Source of the DNA: Gekko japonicus
Lineage: Eukaryota
Reading direction: 5' to 3'
Length of the DNA: 64,000 bases
NCBI RefSeq assembly: GCF_001447785.1
Contig: NW_015172017.1
Span: forward strand, 792,748 to 856,747
The position numbers and the translations under genes were made by a program. Positions within the stretch are counted from its first letter, which is position 1. Each line of letters starts with the position of its first letter. The notes below the pieces were generated by a model. The model saw only the letters and a program-made list of their open reading frames with translations, was not told where the DNA came from and ran no database searches. Below are positions 48,344 through 61,995 of this stretch, piece after piece.

Positions 48344-49244
48344 CTACAGCAACTAGCTCAGAGAACATCGATTGCCGGGGGGCAAGGATGGGGGGAGGCT
48401 TCGGCCTCTGTGGCCCTGCTCGACCACCGTGGAAAAACCGAGATGCTCCAGCAGATGACTGGCCGGTCATATCCAGTGCTCCCTCTAAACTGAGTGAGTG
48501 TGAGCTAGCTCACAGTTTTTTAGCCGCCGGCTCACACAGTTCTGTCTTCGCTCAGGACGGAGGGCTCCAGAGCAAACGGACTGATGCCGTAGCCAAATCG
48601 CCTGCTCACCACTTTAATGGCGGTAGCTCAGAAAGTGGCATTTTTTTTGCTGTCAGCAAAGCTTAGAGGGAGCACTGGCTCTCATCTGGAAACAACTAGC
48701 CACACAACTTCCGAAATCGGGGCAACCCCTCGCTCTTGGGTAGCAGCAAGCATTGCCTCGGGGGAACAAAGCAGGAAAAGGCTTTTGTTTCGACCCGGAA
48801 AGGGATTCTAGTCCTACAGGGCTGCCGAGTTGTGTGAGCACTCCTCGTCGCCTGCCTGATAGTACTGCAGGCTTGGGACTTCCACAGGCTTAACTGTGAG
48901 GCTGTTCCGCAAAGCTCTGGTTGTGGGCAAGGATTTCGGCCTGCTTCCCCTGCCCAAGCACAGTTAAGTCTTCCAGGCAAGCAAGGCGGGAATGAGGCGA
49001 CAACCCTTCTCTGACTGGTCGTCCGGCTGCTGCTGTACGCAGCCAGGGCGGGTTTTAAGCTGGGATTTTACTCACTGGATACTTTTCACAGCAGCAACCC
49101 GGAGACTTGGCACAGAAACCCAAATAGAATATTCTGTACCCCAACCCACCTATCGCCAAGCCCTTCACGCATTCCTAGGCTCACGAAACAACTGATTCTG
49201 TTAAGGGCAGGCCTAAGTGGAAAGAGCCAGTTTGCCGGACTTTA

Positions 49245-49625
<381 letters not shown>

Positions 49626-49978
49626 TCATACAGACAGTCTAAGTCCAACTCCCTGCCCCAATGCGGGACCAGCCGAAAGCATCTCTGACAAATATTCGTT
49701 CGGCCTCTATCAGTGAAGGGGAGCTCACCACCTCCATAGAATCATAGAGCTAAAAGCTTTCCCCGTTTCCCAGATTCCTGATCTAGGAAGGAACAGACTG
49801 AGACAGCAGGGCCCAGCTCTTGGGAGGCCAATCAACTCCCTTCTCACCACCTCGCCTTCCAGACATTCTCCCCCACCCACACCCCACGACTGCCACGTTT
49901 CTTGAACAAGCGGTGTTACAAAGAAGCCCCCCCCCCCGTTCCACACACACATACACACAACACCTGCAAGAAGGGTCA

Positions 49979-50272
<294 letters not shown>

Positions 50273-50359
50273 TTACTGGTTCACGGCCGTCGCTAAGGGA
50301 CTCCCTCTCTGGGCTTGCTCAGGAAAGCAGCTTTGGACGCCCGGTCAGAAGCACGTCCC

Positions 50360-50885
50360 TCCAAAAAAATTATGCTGTGAAAACTTAAACTCATATCTTG
50401 TTGTAATTTATAAAGGCAAAGTTGCACAACTATTTTGGCGTGTATTGATTATTAATACTTGTGCAACACTGGGACTGGAAGAGAGAGATTTGTAAAGACA
50501 TTCGAACAAATATCTGGCAACCAATCATAGTAGAGTGAAAGAAGTGCTATTTCAATATTCAATTCGAGTGTCCGGTTTTAAGAGAAAACTTAGACATTCC
50601 ATGCGAATCCAGCTAAATTCAAATGGAATTTCTACATTTCCTCTGAAAACAGGACGCTTGAACTGAAAACGCCGAAATAGCACTTTTTTTGCACTTTACT
50701 ATGACTTGTTGCCAGATATTGGTTCGAATGTCTTCACAAACTTTGCTCTGGAACTTTCAAGTCTTCGTATTACGTAAGTACTGATCATCAATACGCACCA
50801 AAACTGTTGTGTAACTTGCATTTACTAATTACAAGAAGATATGCGTTTATAATTTAGTAAGTTTTCAGGGCATAATTTCTGGGGC
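50360..50885. repeat. Long imperfect palindrome (old foldback/MITE) in an HNRNPC intron
   Basis: AAGACATTCGAAC.AATATCTGGCAAC (~50495) pairs with GTTGCCAGATATT.GTTCGAATGTCTT (~50710); centre ~50612. Confidence 0.85.
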
Positions 50886-51903
50886 AGCTTATTGCTGTGA
50901 TTCTCTCCTTCTTCCTTAAGAGGCACAGCCCTCACCGGAAGGGGTCCCGAGGGATTTCCCAGTCTCTGACTTCCCCTTCCCAAACGGAGAACTGAAACGT
51001 CCCCACCACGCTTCCTTCTTGAGCTCCCCCTCCCCTTCATAACGTTCAAAGACAAATGCTTCCGTGTTCCTTCCACGGGAACACAGAAAGGGCAGCAGCT
51101 CAATGGGGTGGATTGACGCCCCCAGATTACAGCTGCTGAGACCCCCGGCAAGCTGAATCACCAAAGCCCGCAGCATCCCTTGGCTGGTTCGGGGATACTT
51201 TGGAAGAGGAGCAGGACTGGCGAATGCTGCTGGTCACCTTTTTGTGGGAACGGTGAAAATATCTGCGTGGCAAGCCCGGATAATTTACTGTTCTCCTGGC
51301 TGGAAACTGGGAACCCAAAAGTACGTGTGTGCGGAGAGCACGAGTAGCATCTCCTGACTTCCTGTGAATGGAGCCACTTGGCAGAGAGCCCGGGAAGATA
51401 AGGGAATCGTGATGCTGGCATAACAAATTCCTTAATGTGGTAGCTCGTGTTAACAATGACTATGTAACGGTTGGTGTAAAGGAGGGGGAAGGAGTGAGGA
51501 GGTTTTCAATAAATACAGCTGTGAAGTGCGAACACTTCAGTCAGTCAGGACAGCTTTCTGCAGACCTGTGTCCTGTCATTCTTTCTGAACCCTCGTCAAC
51601 CTTCACCTTTTCATCAGACCCACAGGCCGGACACATGAAGCGGCCTGATCCTGAATCAGAGCCTCAGCCCATCGACGTCAGTCCCGCCCACTCAGACTGG
51701 CAGCGGCTCTGCAGGGTCTCGGGCAGAGCTCGTTCACATCACGCACCGCCTGGTCCTTTGGACTGGAGGGCCCGGGGATTGAACCTTAGACCTCCTGCAC
51801 GCGAAGATGCTCTACCGCTGGGCCAATGTCCCCTCCCCGGTAACACCTCCCCTGGAAAGGCGCTAAATGCCTAACGTGTGACTTGGACGCCCAGGTCATG
51901 TAC

Positions 51904-51951
51904 CTGTCGTAGTATTCACGTTGGAAGTCGTAATCCAGGTCGAAAGAGGAC
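51904..51951 (-). CDS. HNRNPC: HNRNPC 48-nt coding exon
   Basis: TTTTCAG|..SSFDLDYDFQREYYD..|GTACAT. Confidence 0.95.
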
Positions 51952-52419
51952 CTGAAAAGACAAAGCACGGGGAGCCCGGTCAGGTTTCAGGAAGGCCGTC
52001 AGGGAAAGGAATCCTGATCATGAGGAGGGAGGCGAGAGGCTACTCTTTGGCCGCCCATCTCAGGAACACACACACCCACACACACCCCAGCTTGGCATAT
52101 ACAAGGCTAGACACAGTTCAGGGCACCGAGTGAGTGCTACGGCAACCCAGAAGGACCAAGCCCATCCCAAAGCCCGCCCCCTCCCCGTATCAGAGCCACC
52201 TAGTTCCTGCATCCGACCAAGTGGAGCTGCGTCACCGGGTGTCCTGAAAAGCCCATTTTTGTCACACCTTAATCCCCCTCACATCAACAGTTGCCGGCAT
52301 GCACGCACATTTCGCCTCAGTTCCTTACAAGCAAGGCAGGTGGCGGAGGCTGCCCGCTGCAGGGCACAAGATCAAATAAAAACAAGAGGTTAAAATAATG
52401 AAAACAAAAGGGTCCCGAC

Positions 52420-52534
52420 CTGACTAGAGGGGACGGAGAAGGTGGTGCTGCTACTGACCCGTACATCTCTGTGGCCGATCTCTTCACCCCGGCTTTGCCC
52501 CGGTTCAACTTCGGCTCCGCGGCCAGGTTAATAT
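52420..52534 (-). CDS. HNRNPC: HNRNPC coding exon with alternative donors: C1 (ends 52459) and C2 (ends 52420, +13 aa)
   Basis: TTTCAG|..[25 protein letters not shown]; GG|GTCAGT and AG|GTCGGG donors 39 nt apart ([12 protein letters not shown] insert). Confidence 0.95.
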
Positions 52535-55026
52535 CTGAAAGACAAAGGGCGCGCCTGCTGGGAAACCGGGCTCCCCGGGGGATAGGATAGAATAGATCGG
52601 CCGATTGCCTAGGACGGCGCGCAGTTGGGGGAGGGCCACCCGAGAGCCTGTTCTACGTACAGACGGAGAAAGACTCGAAGAGGGCCCCCGCCACACATCT
52701 AATCCGCAGCCACTAACACTGGGGATGGCTTTGGTGCTGACCCCCCTGAAGCTCCCTGGGTGACCGTGGACCGGACATGACCAGTGCTCCCTCTAAGCTG
52801 AGTTAGTGTGAGCTAGCTCACAGTTTTTTAGCCTCCGGCTCACACATTTTTGTCTTAGCTCAGGAAGGATGGCTCCGGAGCAAACTAATTGATACAGCAG
52901 CCAAATTGCTCGCTCACAACTTTAATGCCAGTAGCTCACAAAGTAGGATTTTTGCTCACAAGACTCCACAGCTTAGAGGGAACATTGGACACGACCGAGG
53001 CCACCATTCTACAGGGCTGCTGGGAGGACGGAAATGGAAAGAACGGCGATGGACAGACACACCGCCAAGGGCACAGTGGCGTGAAATACAGTTCTTGCCA
53101 AAGCAGGAAGCTTCTGTACGAACACAGCAGTCAACAACCCATCCGTGCTCCAAAACGTACAAATACTAAGACGCTCAGCTTCCGACGGCTGGGTAGAAAC
53201 CCCTCCGCTCAGCTCTCATCGCTGCACAAACGTTCACCTTGTCTCAAGAGGCTGAAACCGGTGAGGCCAGGGGATAACGAACAGACCCGCTCCCACAGCA
53301 GAGAGGCTGTTTTGGTGGGAGGAAAAAACGTATGCTCTTTACGATAAGCAAGGGAGACCCTTCCTTTCCAGTGCGGGAAGAATACTGTAAAGGCTGCTCA
53401 CGCGGACGTCCGCAGAACAGGGAATCCCAATCGAGATATCCAGCAGAGCAGCGGTTACTTCTTTGTGGGGTTTTTTTCTGTTTGTTTGAAGTGCTGATTA
53501 TTTTCTCTTAGAGGGGCCAAAAGCAACTAGCGGAAGTATACACAAGAAAATAGGGGTTTTTTGGAGGGGGGTGGGCCTTTCTGAACCGGCAGGCCAGACT
53601 GCACGCACCCAAGAGCCCAGACTCCAGCCTGTCCCAAACCTCCCAAGCGCCCTGAGCCTCAGAGGAGCTGGGAATACTCCCCGGCACCTCCAGACTTTTG
53701 GAGGAAAGGGGGGCTGGAGCCGTGGCTTCACAACAGGCCTCTTGCAGTCTCTAGGGCCTCCCAAGGACAACAGAAAACAAAGTCAGAACATAAGAGGAGC
53801 CAGTGTTGGATCAGGCCAATGGCCCATCTAGTCCAAAATTCTCTGTCACACAGTGGCCAAAAAGACCAGGCGCCAACAGGAGGTCCCCCAGTGGGGCTAG
53901 AGGCGGGGGGGGGGGGGGGTCACTTCTGCTCATCCTTTCCCTCCTCGTCTAGGCAAAGGGGTGAACCGGCTGCCTCAACGGTTGCCACTGCAATGGTCAA
54001 CTTTCCCATCTTCTGGCCTCTCCTGTCCAAAAGACTAGTTCACAAGGGAGAAAAGAGTGGCCGCCAGAGAGCTGGATTTTAAACGGCAAGACCAAGTCGC
54101 TGCTGGTCAATACACATGACCCCCTTCCCTACTACTTTGCCCATTTTTCGCTGCAGGATCACCTCGTCGCGTCGGACGGGTAAAGTATCGCCCCACCAAC
54201 GATACTTCCTGCTCATGCAACCGTCGCTGTACTCTTCTATCTAGTTTCCTAGTTCTGTATTGCTTGAGTGTGCGATTGCTTTAGTTCAACTGAATGTGTG
54301 TGTGTGAATTATTTAGTAGAAGACAACATATTCAAGATCTAGTCGCCTGGTCTATTTCTGGGGATCTGGATAAACTGGACTCTGGTATACACAGGTTACT
54401 GCACCACTTTAGTTAAGCCTACTGCCATTTAATATTCATAACCCCCCCCACATTTATTAATGAAATAAGGCAATGTGGCTAACAGATTACACTCTCAGTC
54501 CACTCTCCCAATCTAGCATGCCCCAAAGAGCTGAGCAAAGAAGTGAGCAAAGAAGGAATTAGTGGTTAATACCGACTGTGCATAAAAGGGGGGGGGGATG
54601 CAAAAACACCCCTCCATGCAGTGAATGGCACCACATTGCTCAGTTGAAGCAGACCAGTTGATGTCTCTCTGCAAACCGTAACGTGTGCTCCCCTCCCACC
54701 TTTCTATTCCAACCTTCACCTTCCTCCTGCTCAGTTTTCCCTCTAAGATGAGTTAGCGTGAGCTCGCACACAGTAGTTTTTTAGCCTCCAGCTCACACAT
54801 TTTTCTGTTAGCTCAGGAAGGATGGCTCCAGAGAAAACTAATTTGTGCAGTAGCCAAATCACTCGCTCCTGACTTTAATGCCGGCAGCTCACAAAGTAGA
54901 TTTTTTGCTCACAAGACTCCACAGCTTAGAGGGAGCATTGCTCCTGCTCTGCCAAAAACTGCCTCCCAGCAAAGAGTAACACGGCAACAGGGAAATGGAG
55001 CTGGCGTTCACCGAGGCAGACGCTCA

Positions 55027-55323
<297 letters not shown>

Positions 55324-56301
55324 TCACGCAGGCAGCTGGAGTGCAGACGTCCTGGTGGCAGGGGGGAGAAAGAAAATGGTCAGAGAAGGGAAAGCCGGTG
55401 GCATGGGGTTTAAAACTGTCCTCTTGCCCCAATACGTACACACAACCAGCCATAGACAATGCCCACACACACACACACCTTCTGCTTCCTCAAGCTAAAC
55501 ATCCAGTATGCCAAGTGATACTAAATGGGAAGCCACCAACCCCAGACCCATGTCCCACTCTGAAGTCAGCTTTACTCTCCCCTAAAAATTGGCTTTTTCC
55601 ATTACTCTAAAGCCAAAGCAATATAAAAATGCCTAGGACACACTGCTCTGAATGGGGGGGGGGAACCCAAGCTTAGATACCTATATGACAAACTTTTTAG
55701 CTGGGAGCACACTTTTTCAAAAGCATTTAAATATTCTGTGCTTCTCGACAAGTTATACTAACACGTTTTTCTAAGAAAAATATGAGATCTTGGCAGTTAA
55801 AAGGCCGTGATCCCTTCAAAATTGGCTGGATTTATGGCTCCTTGCTGCCAAGTGCAATCCATAAAGGGAGACTCCCCTCTTTCTTTAATGGAAAAGGTTT
55901 AGGGGATCCAACCCTTGGGCCTCCATTTCAGAACGTTCCCGTTGTCACCCAGGCACTCTTCAGTGACCTTGATCGATTCACCAAAACTTTCTAAGATCAA
56001 TGTTCATCTCATTCAAATTCAAGCCACATTTATATTATGAAATCAACGTTAAGTTACACTGGTACCTGCTAGAAATGTCAAAGGGGGGGGGGGGGGTTCC
56101 TCCTGCCCTAGACCTTTTCTCTTCCAAAGAAAAAAGAAAAAACCTGGAACATTTGGAAACACAGGGGGAAAGCCTAATAGCCTAATGAAGTATTTTCTCG
56201 TGAAATGAGCTAGCTGTTTTTAACATTATATTAAAACTCTACTATGGAAAAAAATTATGTAAAACAATCTACAAGACAGTGATTCCAATGTACACCATAA
56301 A

Positions 56302-56633
56302 AGGTAAAGGTTCCCTTGCTCAAAAGCCAGTCGAGTCCGACTCTAGGGTTGCGGTGCTCATCTCCGTTTCAAAGCTGAAGAGCCAGCGCTGTCCGAAGAC
56401 ATTTCCTTGGTCATGTGGCCGGCGTGACTAAATACCAAGGTGCACGGAACCTTCCCACCGAAGTGGTACCTATTTATCTACTTGCAATTTCTTGATTTCG
56501 AACTGCTAGGTTGGCAGGAGCTGGAACTAGAGATGGGAGCTCACTCCGTCATGCGGCACCGGGGTCTCAAACTGCTGAACTACTGACCTTCCACAGCCTG
56601 TTCAGCGTCTTAACCATTTGAGCCACAGCAGCT
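56302..56633 (-). mobile_element. Sauria SINE, full length, in an HNRNPC intron
   Basis: Reverse complement of 40810-41155; TSD CACCATAAA at 56293 and 56634. Confidence 0.9.
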
Positions 56634-59600
56634 CACCATAAACCATAAACACAAACATAAGAATGGGTTTTTTGTCTACTATAAATGTTGGCAACAATTA
56701 ATATGCTATGTTTAATGATATTACTCTGTAAAAGAGGGTCCAGTGTTTCTAATGTCATAAATTTTAACTTTTTGTTTGAATTGGTTCATAGTTCTATAAT
56801 CCCACAGCACTGTTTATTATTGTTTGAGTTTTATGTTGTGTACCCTTGAGTCGCTATGAAAAGGGCAAACTCTAAATGAAGTAAACAAATCCAGACACTG
56901 CCCATTTTCTTTTGTTCCCTACAGAATTAAGGTTTTTTTCCCCCTTTCCATTTCTATTTTGCACTTTAATATGTACTTAAGTTGCATTTGTGAAGGCAGT
57001 TTAGGGAGCAGCTGTTTGTGACACTCGAGTATTGGGTGTACTTGCAACATCACTTGCAGAAATCCAAGACATTTATATTTTTAATGCCAGATGCCAAACA
57101 CTACAAAAACTGGGATTGTGGTTCCACCCTATGGCTTCCAAATTTCTGGAAATTTTACATCTCTGGTATGTACGTGTGTCCATGGGCTGGAGTTGGTGGC
57201 TTGGGGAGACAAGAAGATCTAGAATACCTTTAGGATGGCACCAGTGGAAGCAGAATTCTTAACCGGCTCTATACTAAACTTGCAATGCTTCCAAAAGGGC
57301 CTGGCTTGGGATCGTCTCCAGGGGAAGGCAATTCTAACACACACACACACCACACACAAGCAATTCAGAAGACAGAAGCATGACAAGGTCTCTCCTCAAA
57401 TACCCTCAATTTTTGCTGTGCATTTGAACTCGCAAACCCGAAGTATCCTGTAAACACGGATTTGGGGGGCCGGCACTAAGATCGGGTGCCCAAAATCTCC
57501 GCCCAGCTCCTGGCCCCTCCACAAGATCCCCGGAGGCTCTAAAGCCGTGCTTCACGGAGCCTGCTGCATGAATGAACCAAGACCAGTGTGGGAACTTCGA
57601 CGATTTCTTCCTGCTCTTTGCTGCGCGTGAGGACCTTAGGAAAGATTTAAAGCCATCCAGATCCTCCGAGCGTTGAACAGTAGCTTATGCCACCCAGCTA
57701 GTGAGGGCACACGGACACGCATACCCATGTGCAGAGGAGTAAAACCGCAGTGCTTGGCTCTCTTCTGATCAGAAACTTAACAAGCGTGTGTGAGATTTTG
57801 CGCAGGGCGAGCTGTGGCAAGGACTGGACTGATGAAATGGGGATTCAGGGCAGGAGGGTTTTTGTGCAACTGTGGCAGCAAGGACATCCAGCTGCGCAGT
57901 TTGGTGTAGTGGTTGGGAGGAACCGGGTTTGATTCCCCACTCCGCCACATGCGGCAGCTGGTGTGACCTTGGGTCAGTCATAAGTTCTCTCAGAGCTGTT
58001 CTCTCAAGAGCAGTTCTCGGGAAGAGCTCTCTCAGCCCCACCTCCCTCACAGGGTGTCCTGTTGTGGGGAGGGAAAGGGATTGTAAGCTGCTCCGAGACT
58101 CCTTTGGGTAGTGAAGGGCAGGGGGTTTAAACCCAATCTCTTCTCTGCACAGCAGACTGCAGTCTTGATAGTGGGGAGAACTGTTGTTCACAGCCCAAAG
58201 AACATGTTTGTCCTCAATCTTCTTCCAGTTTGGTGTAGTGGTTAAGTGTGCGGACTCTAATCTGGGAGAACCGGGTTTGATTCCCCACTCCTCCACTTGC
58301 ACCTGGCTGGATGACCTTGGCCAAGCCGGTAGTTCTGATAAGAGCTGTCCTTGAAAAAAGAGCCGTTTCTGCCAAGAGCTCTCTCAGCCCCACCTGCCCC
58401 ACAGGGGTGTCTGTTGTGGGGAGGGGGAGGAGTTTGTCAGCCGCTCTGAGACACCTTTGGGTAGTGAAGGGCGGGGTATAAATCTCTTCTTCTTCTTCTA
58501 CTACTATATCCCATTGAAGTCCCTCCTCTCCCTAAATCCCAACCTCCACCCTCAAAATCCAAGTATTTCTCAACCCGGAGCTGGAAACCCTACGTCAGCG
58601 GGCTTAAATGGTTGGGGACCCCAGATGTGAACCATCCATTTCAGATTGTAGGCCTTTCGGTGCCGAGAACCTGTCGTTTTTACATTCTCTGCAGGATTTC
58701 CTCCTTTTGAGAGCCAGTTTGGTGTAGTGGTTAAGTGTGCGGACTCTAATCTGGGAGAACCGGGTTTGATTCCCCACTCCTCCACTTGCACCTGCTGATG
58801 TGACCTTGGGTCAGTCACAAGCTCTGGCACAGCTGTCCTTGAAAAAGAGCAGTTTGTGTCAGAGTTCTCTCAGCCCCACCCACCTCACAGGGTGTCTGTT
58901 GTGGGGAGGGGAAGGGAAAGGAGTTTGTAAGCCGCTCTGAGACTCCAAGTGAAGGGCGGGGTATAAATCCAATCTCTTCTTCTTCTTTTTGGTGTTAAAT
59001 AAAAGTTTGTAAGCCACTGAGACTCCAAGTGAAGGGCCGGGGTGTAAATCCAATCTCTTCTTCTTCTTCCACGAAAACCATCTCCATGTACAAAAAAAAG
59101 TAGACAAGAACATCTTTGCAGCATGGATGGCGGGGGGGGGGGGGGGGGGACCAAACTTGTACACGTATCCAACCAAGAGGCCTCTTACTCCAAAGATGTT
59201 AAAAATCACTCTGCGGAGAGGCTTGATGCCAAAGGTGGTCCCATTTTTTGCCGAGCTTCTAGCATGTCGCAGTGCCCCTTCTGTCTCCAGAGAAGTAGTC
59301 AGGAGGAAGCAGGAGTCTCTGACTTGGGAATATCATTCAGGCGTTCCAAAGATGCTTCTTCCATAGTAAGCAGGAGTGGGCGGAAGGTTCACCAGAGAAT
59401 ACCCCGCGGAAACGGGCCAATTTCTAATGGGATCTCTTGTGCTTCCTGGGAGTCTTGCAAACAATGCCAAGCTGGGTAGACTCTCATCCGACCCGGCCAG
59501 GCACTTCTGTCCATTGGCCGACGGTTCTCAAACGGTGGGCTGGGACTCTTGCAGGAGAGTGGCATGGCCAGGAGGGCTGAGGTAAGCAGAGAGACAAGGT

Positions 59601-61695
59601 GGGCTGGGCCTTCGGGTAAAGGACACCGTGGCCAAGAAACACCGCCTGCTGCAGCTCAGTAACGCTACGTGTTTATAAATACTGAACGCGGAAAGAATAC
59701 TCATTTGTTTAAAAGCTGGTGTCCTGACGTTTCGTGCTGGGGTGGGGGGGAAGCAGGTCGAAAAAAGGACAGCAAGCACAGACAGGGGATGCGGCTTCAA
59801 ATCACTCGAGAACCACTGCCTCCAAAAGACTGCACGCTCATCACAGCCTAACGTGGAGTAACTGTGACCTGGATGTCAATCGTGCACTTTGGTACTATAA
59901 ATTTAACACACACCGCAAGCAATCTTCCCTCTAAACTGAGTTAGTGTGAGCTAGCTCACGGTTCTCTAGCCTCCGGCTTGCACATTTTTGCCTTAGCTCA
60001 GGAAGGATGGCTCCAGAGCAAACTAATTTATGCAGCAGCCAAATCGCTCGCTCACCACTTTAATGCCAGTAGCTCACAGAGTAGAATTTTTGCTCACAAG
60101 ACTCCACAGCTTAGAGGGAACATTGACCGCAAGACTGCAAGGTGTCTTTTTACAAGTAGACCCTGAGAGACTCTGCCACAGAGCCATGGGTATAAATCCA
60201 GAGTCCCCTAGGGGGGGTCCCCAACCTTTTTGGGCCTATGGGCAGCTTGGGAACTCTGACAAAGGACGGCGGCTGCCCCAGGGGGCAGAGCCACAGAGAG
60301 GAAGCCCACGTGCAGGGGAGAAGAGGGATAGTTTTTAAAACTGCATTGGGAAACAGGAGTGGAAGAGAGGGAGATTGACACTGTGGCGGCCGCTGCGGCT
60401 GAAACAATGCTGTTTTAATCTCCAGGGGCCAGCCAGAAGTCCTCCTGGGCAGGTGGTCCCACCGGCCCCACCCATTCTCTGAAAACACTTGATGGGCGCC
60501 AGGAAAGCTTTTGGCGGGCACCACGGCGCCCATGGGCAGTGTTCCCTCTAAGCCGAGTGTGAGCTGGCTCAGTTTCTTAGCCTCCGGCTCACACATTTTT
60601 GCCTTAGCTCAGGAAGGAGGGCTCCAGAGCAAACCAATTCATGCCGTGGGCAGATCGCTCCCGAACAACTATAATGTCAGCAGCTCACAAAGTAGAATTT
60701 TTGCTCAGAGGACTCCACAGCTTAGAGGGAGCGCTGCCCATGGGCACCATGTTGAGGATCCCTGCCCTAGAGCCAAAGACCACCTCCCCGTTACTCTCAA
60801 TGACCTGTGCAACTACCCACTTTGAAGGGCCGCTGAGCCTCCTTTTTGACTTATGGGGTTCGGACGGTCCAACCCAGCCAAGTACGCATCCATCCTCTCA
60901 TCGGGCCAGAGGAGGAGCTGTGCATCCCTTCCCCTAAGGCCTTAACGGGGACAGCTGCCGAAGCCTGGAATGAAACCAACTCCCCTTACCATCAACCCAG
61001 GCGGGTTTGTGTCTGCTCCGTGTGAGGCTCCGCTGGCAGCCGCCACTGCTACTCCAGACTGGGCGTCCATGACGGCGTTTGGAAGGGAAGGGTGGTGGTG
61101 GAGGAAAAGACCAGGATGGGAACTGGAGGGGGGGGCACGGGAGAAGGGGGGCTGAGTGGGGGGGGCGGAGGGCTGTCACTGCTAGGGAGCGATCAGCACC
61201 ACAGACACATTGCAGCAACAGTTGAAAAATTGGCACAGAAATAAAATGTTAAAAATGAAAAATAAAAAAAATAAAAAAAAAGTGTAGGAACTTCCTGAGA
61301 CGTTTCAAACAAGCTCTGGAGAAATCAGGTTCCCTTCTCAGCAGCCAGGTGATCAGGGAGGGAGGGAAAAAAAGAGTTAACGCGATCAATCCACTTTTTT
61401 TAATAATAATAATAAAAAATGGGTTTTTAAAAACCTCGTTGCGTTTCTCCCCCCCAAGGGGTTAAAAACCCAAAGTGCAGCCAGGACCACTCAGAAAAAC
61501 TCCATTTTCATCCGGTTAAAAATCAGCAGTCATTTTTTTTTTAAATCACCACCATCAGCAACACATCATCAATGTCACAGTCTCACCACCATCATAGTAG
61601 CAATAATATCAATAAGTAACTAGCAACAACGATAAAAAGGAAATCAGTTGGAAAGGCAGGGAAAAAAATATGGAAAAAAAATTGGAATAACTTAC

Positions 61696-61721
61696 TGTAG
61701 CTGAAGATCAAAAAAATCTCA
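61696..61721 (-). other. HNRNPC: HNRNPC 26-nt 5'UTR microexon
   Basis: TTTTTGTTTTTTTACAG|TGAGATTTTTTTGATCTTCAGCTACA|GTAAGT; matches my recollection of the mammalian HNRNPC 5'UTR. Confidence 0.8.
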
Positions 61722-61859
61722 CTGTAAAAAAACAAAAATAAAAATAGCCCAGATTAGAAAAACGGGAGGCGTCAAAAGGTCAAAGTCAGCAAATGCAATT
61801 TTTTCTCTCTCTCTCTGTTCTGTTCTCCCCCTTTCCGTGCTCTTGTTCCAGCCAGTTAC

Positions 61860-61995
61860 TGCAGAACCAGGCAGGGAAGAGCTCCCGGCAGGAAACAATC
61901 CAAGCCCTTGGAACACCATTTTCACTCTAAAAATGCCTGAGAGACTTGAGCTCACGAGAGGCTAAAAGGTTCCTCCTCCTCCTCTAACCCAGCTG
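61860..61995 (-). other. HNRNPC: Candidate HNRNPC alternative uORF-bearing exon
   Basis: Acceptor TTTTTTTTCCCTGCAG|CAG; strong-context AAAATGG at 61919; donor GCA|GTAACT. Confidence 0.5.
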
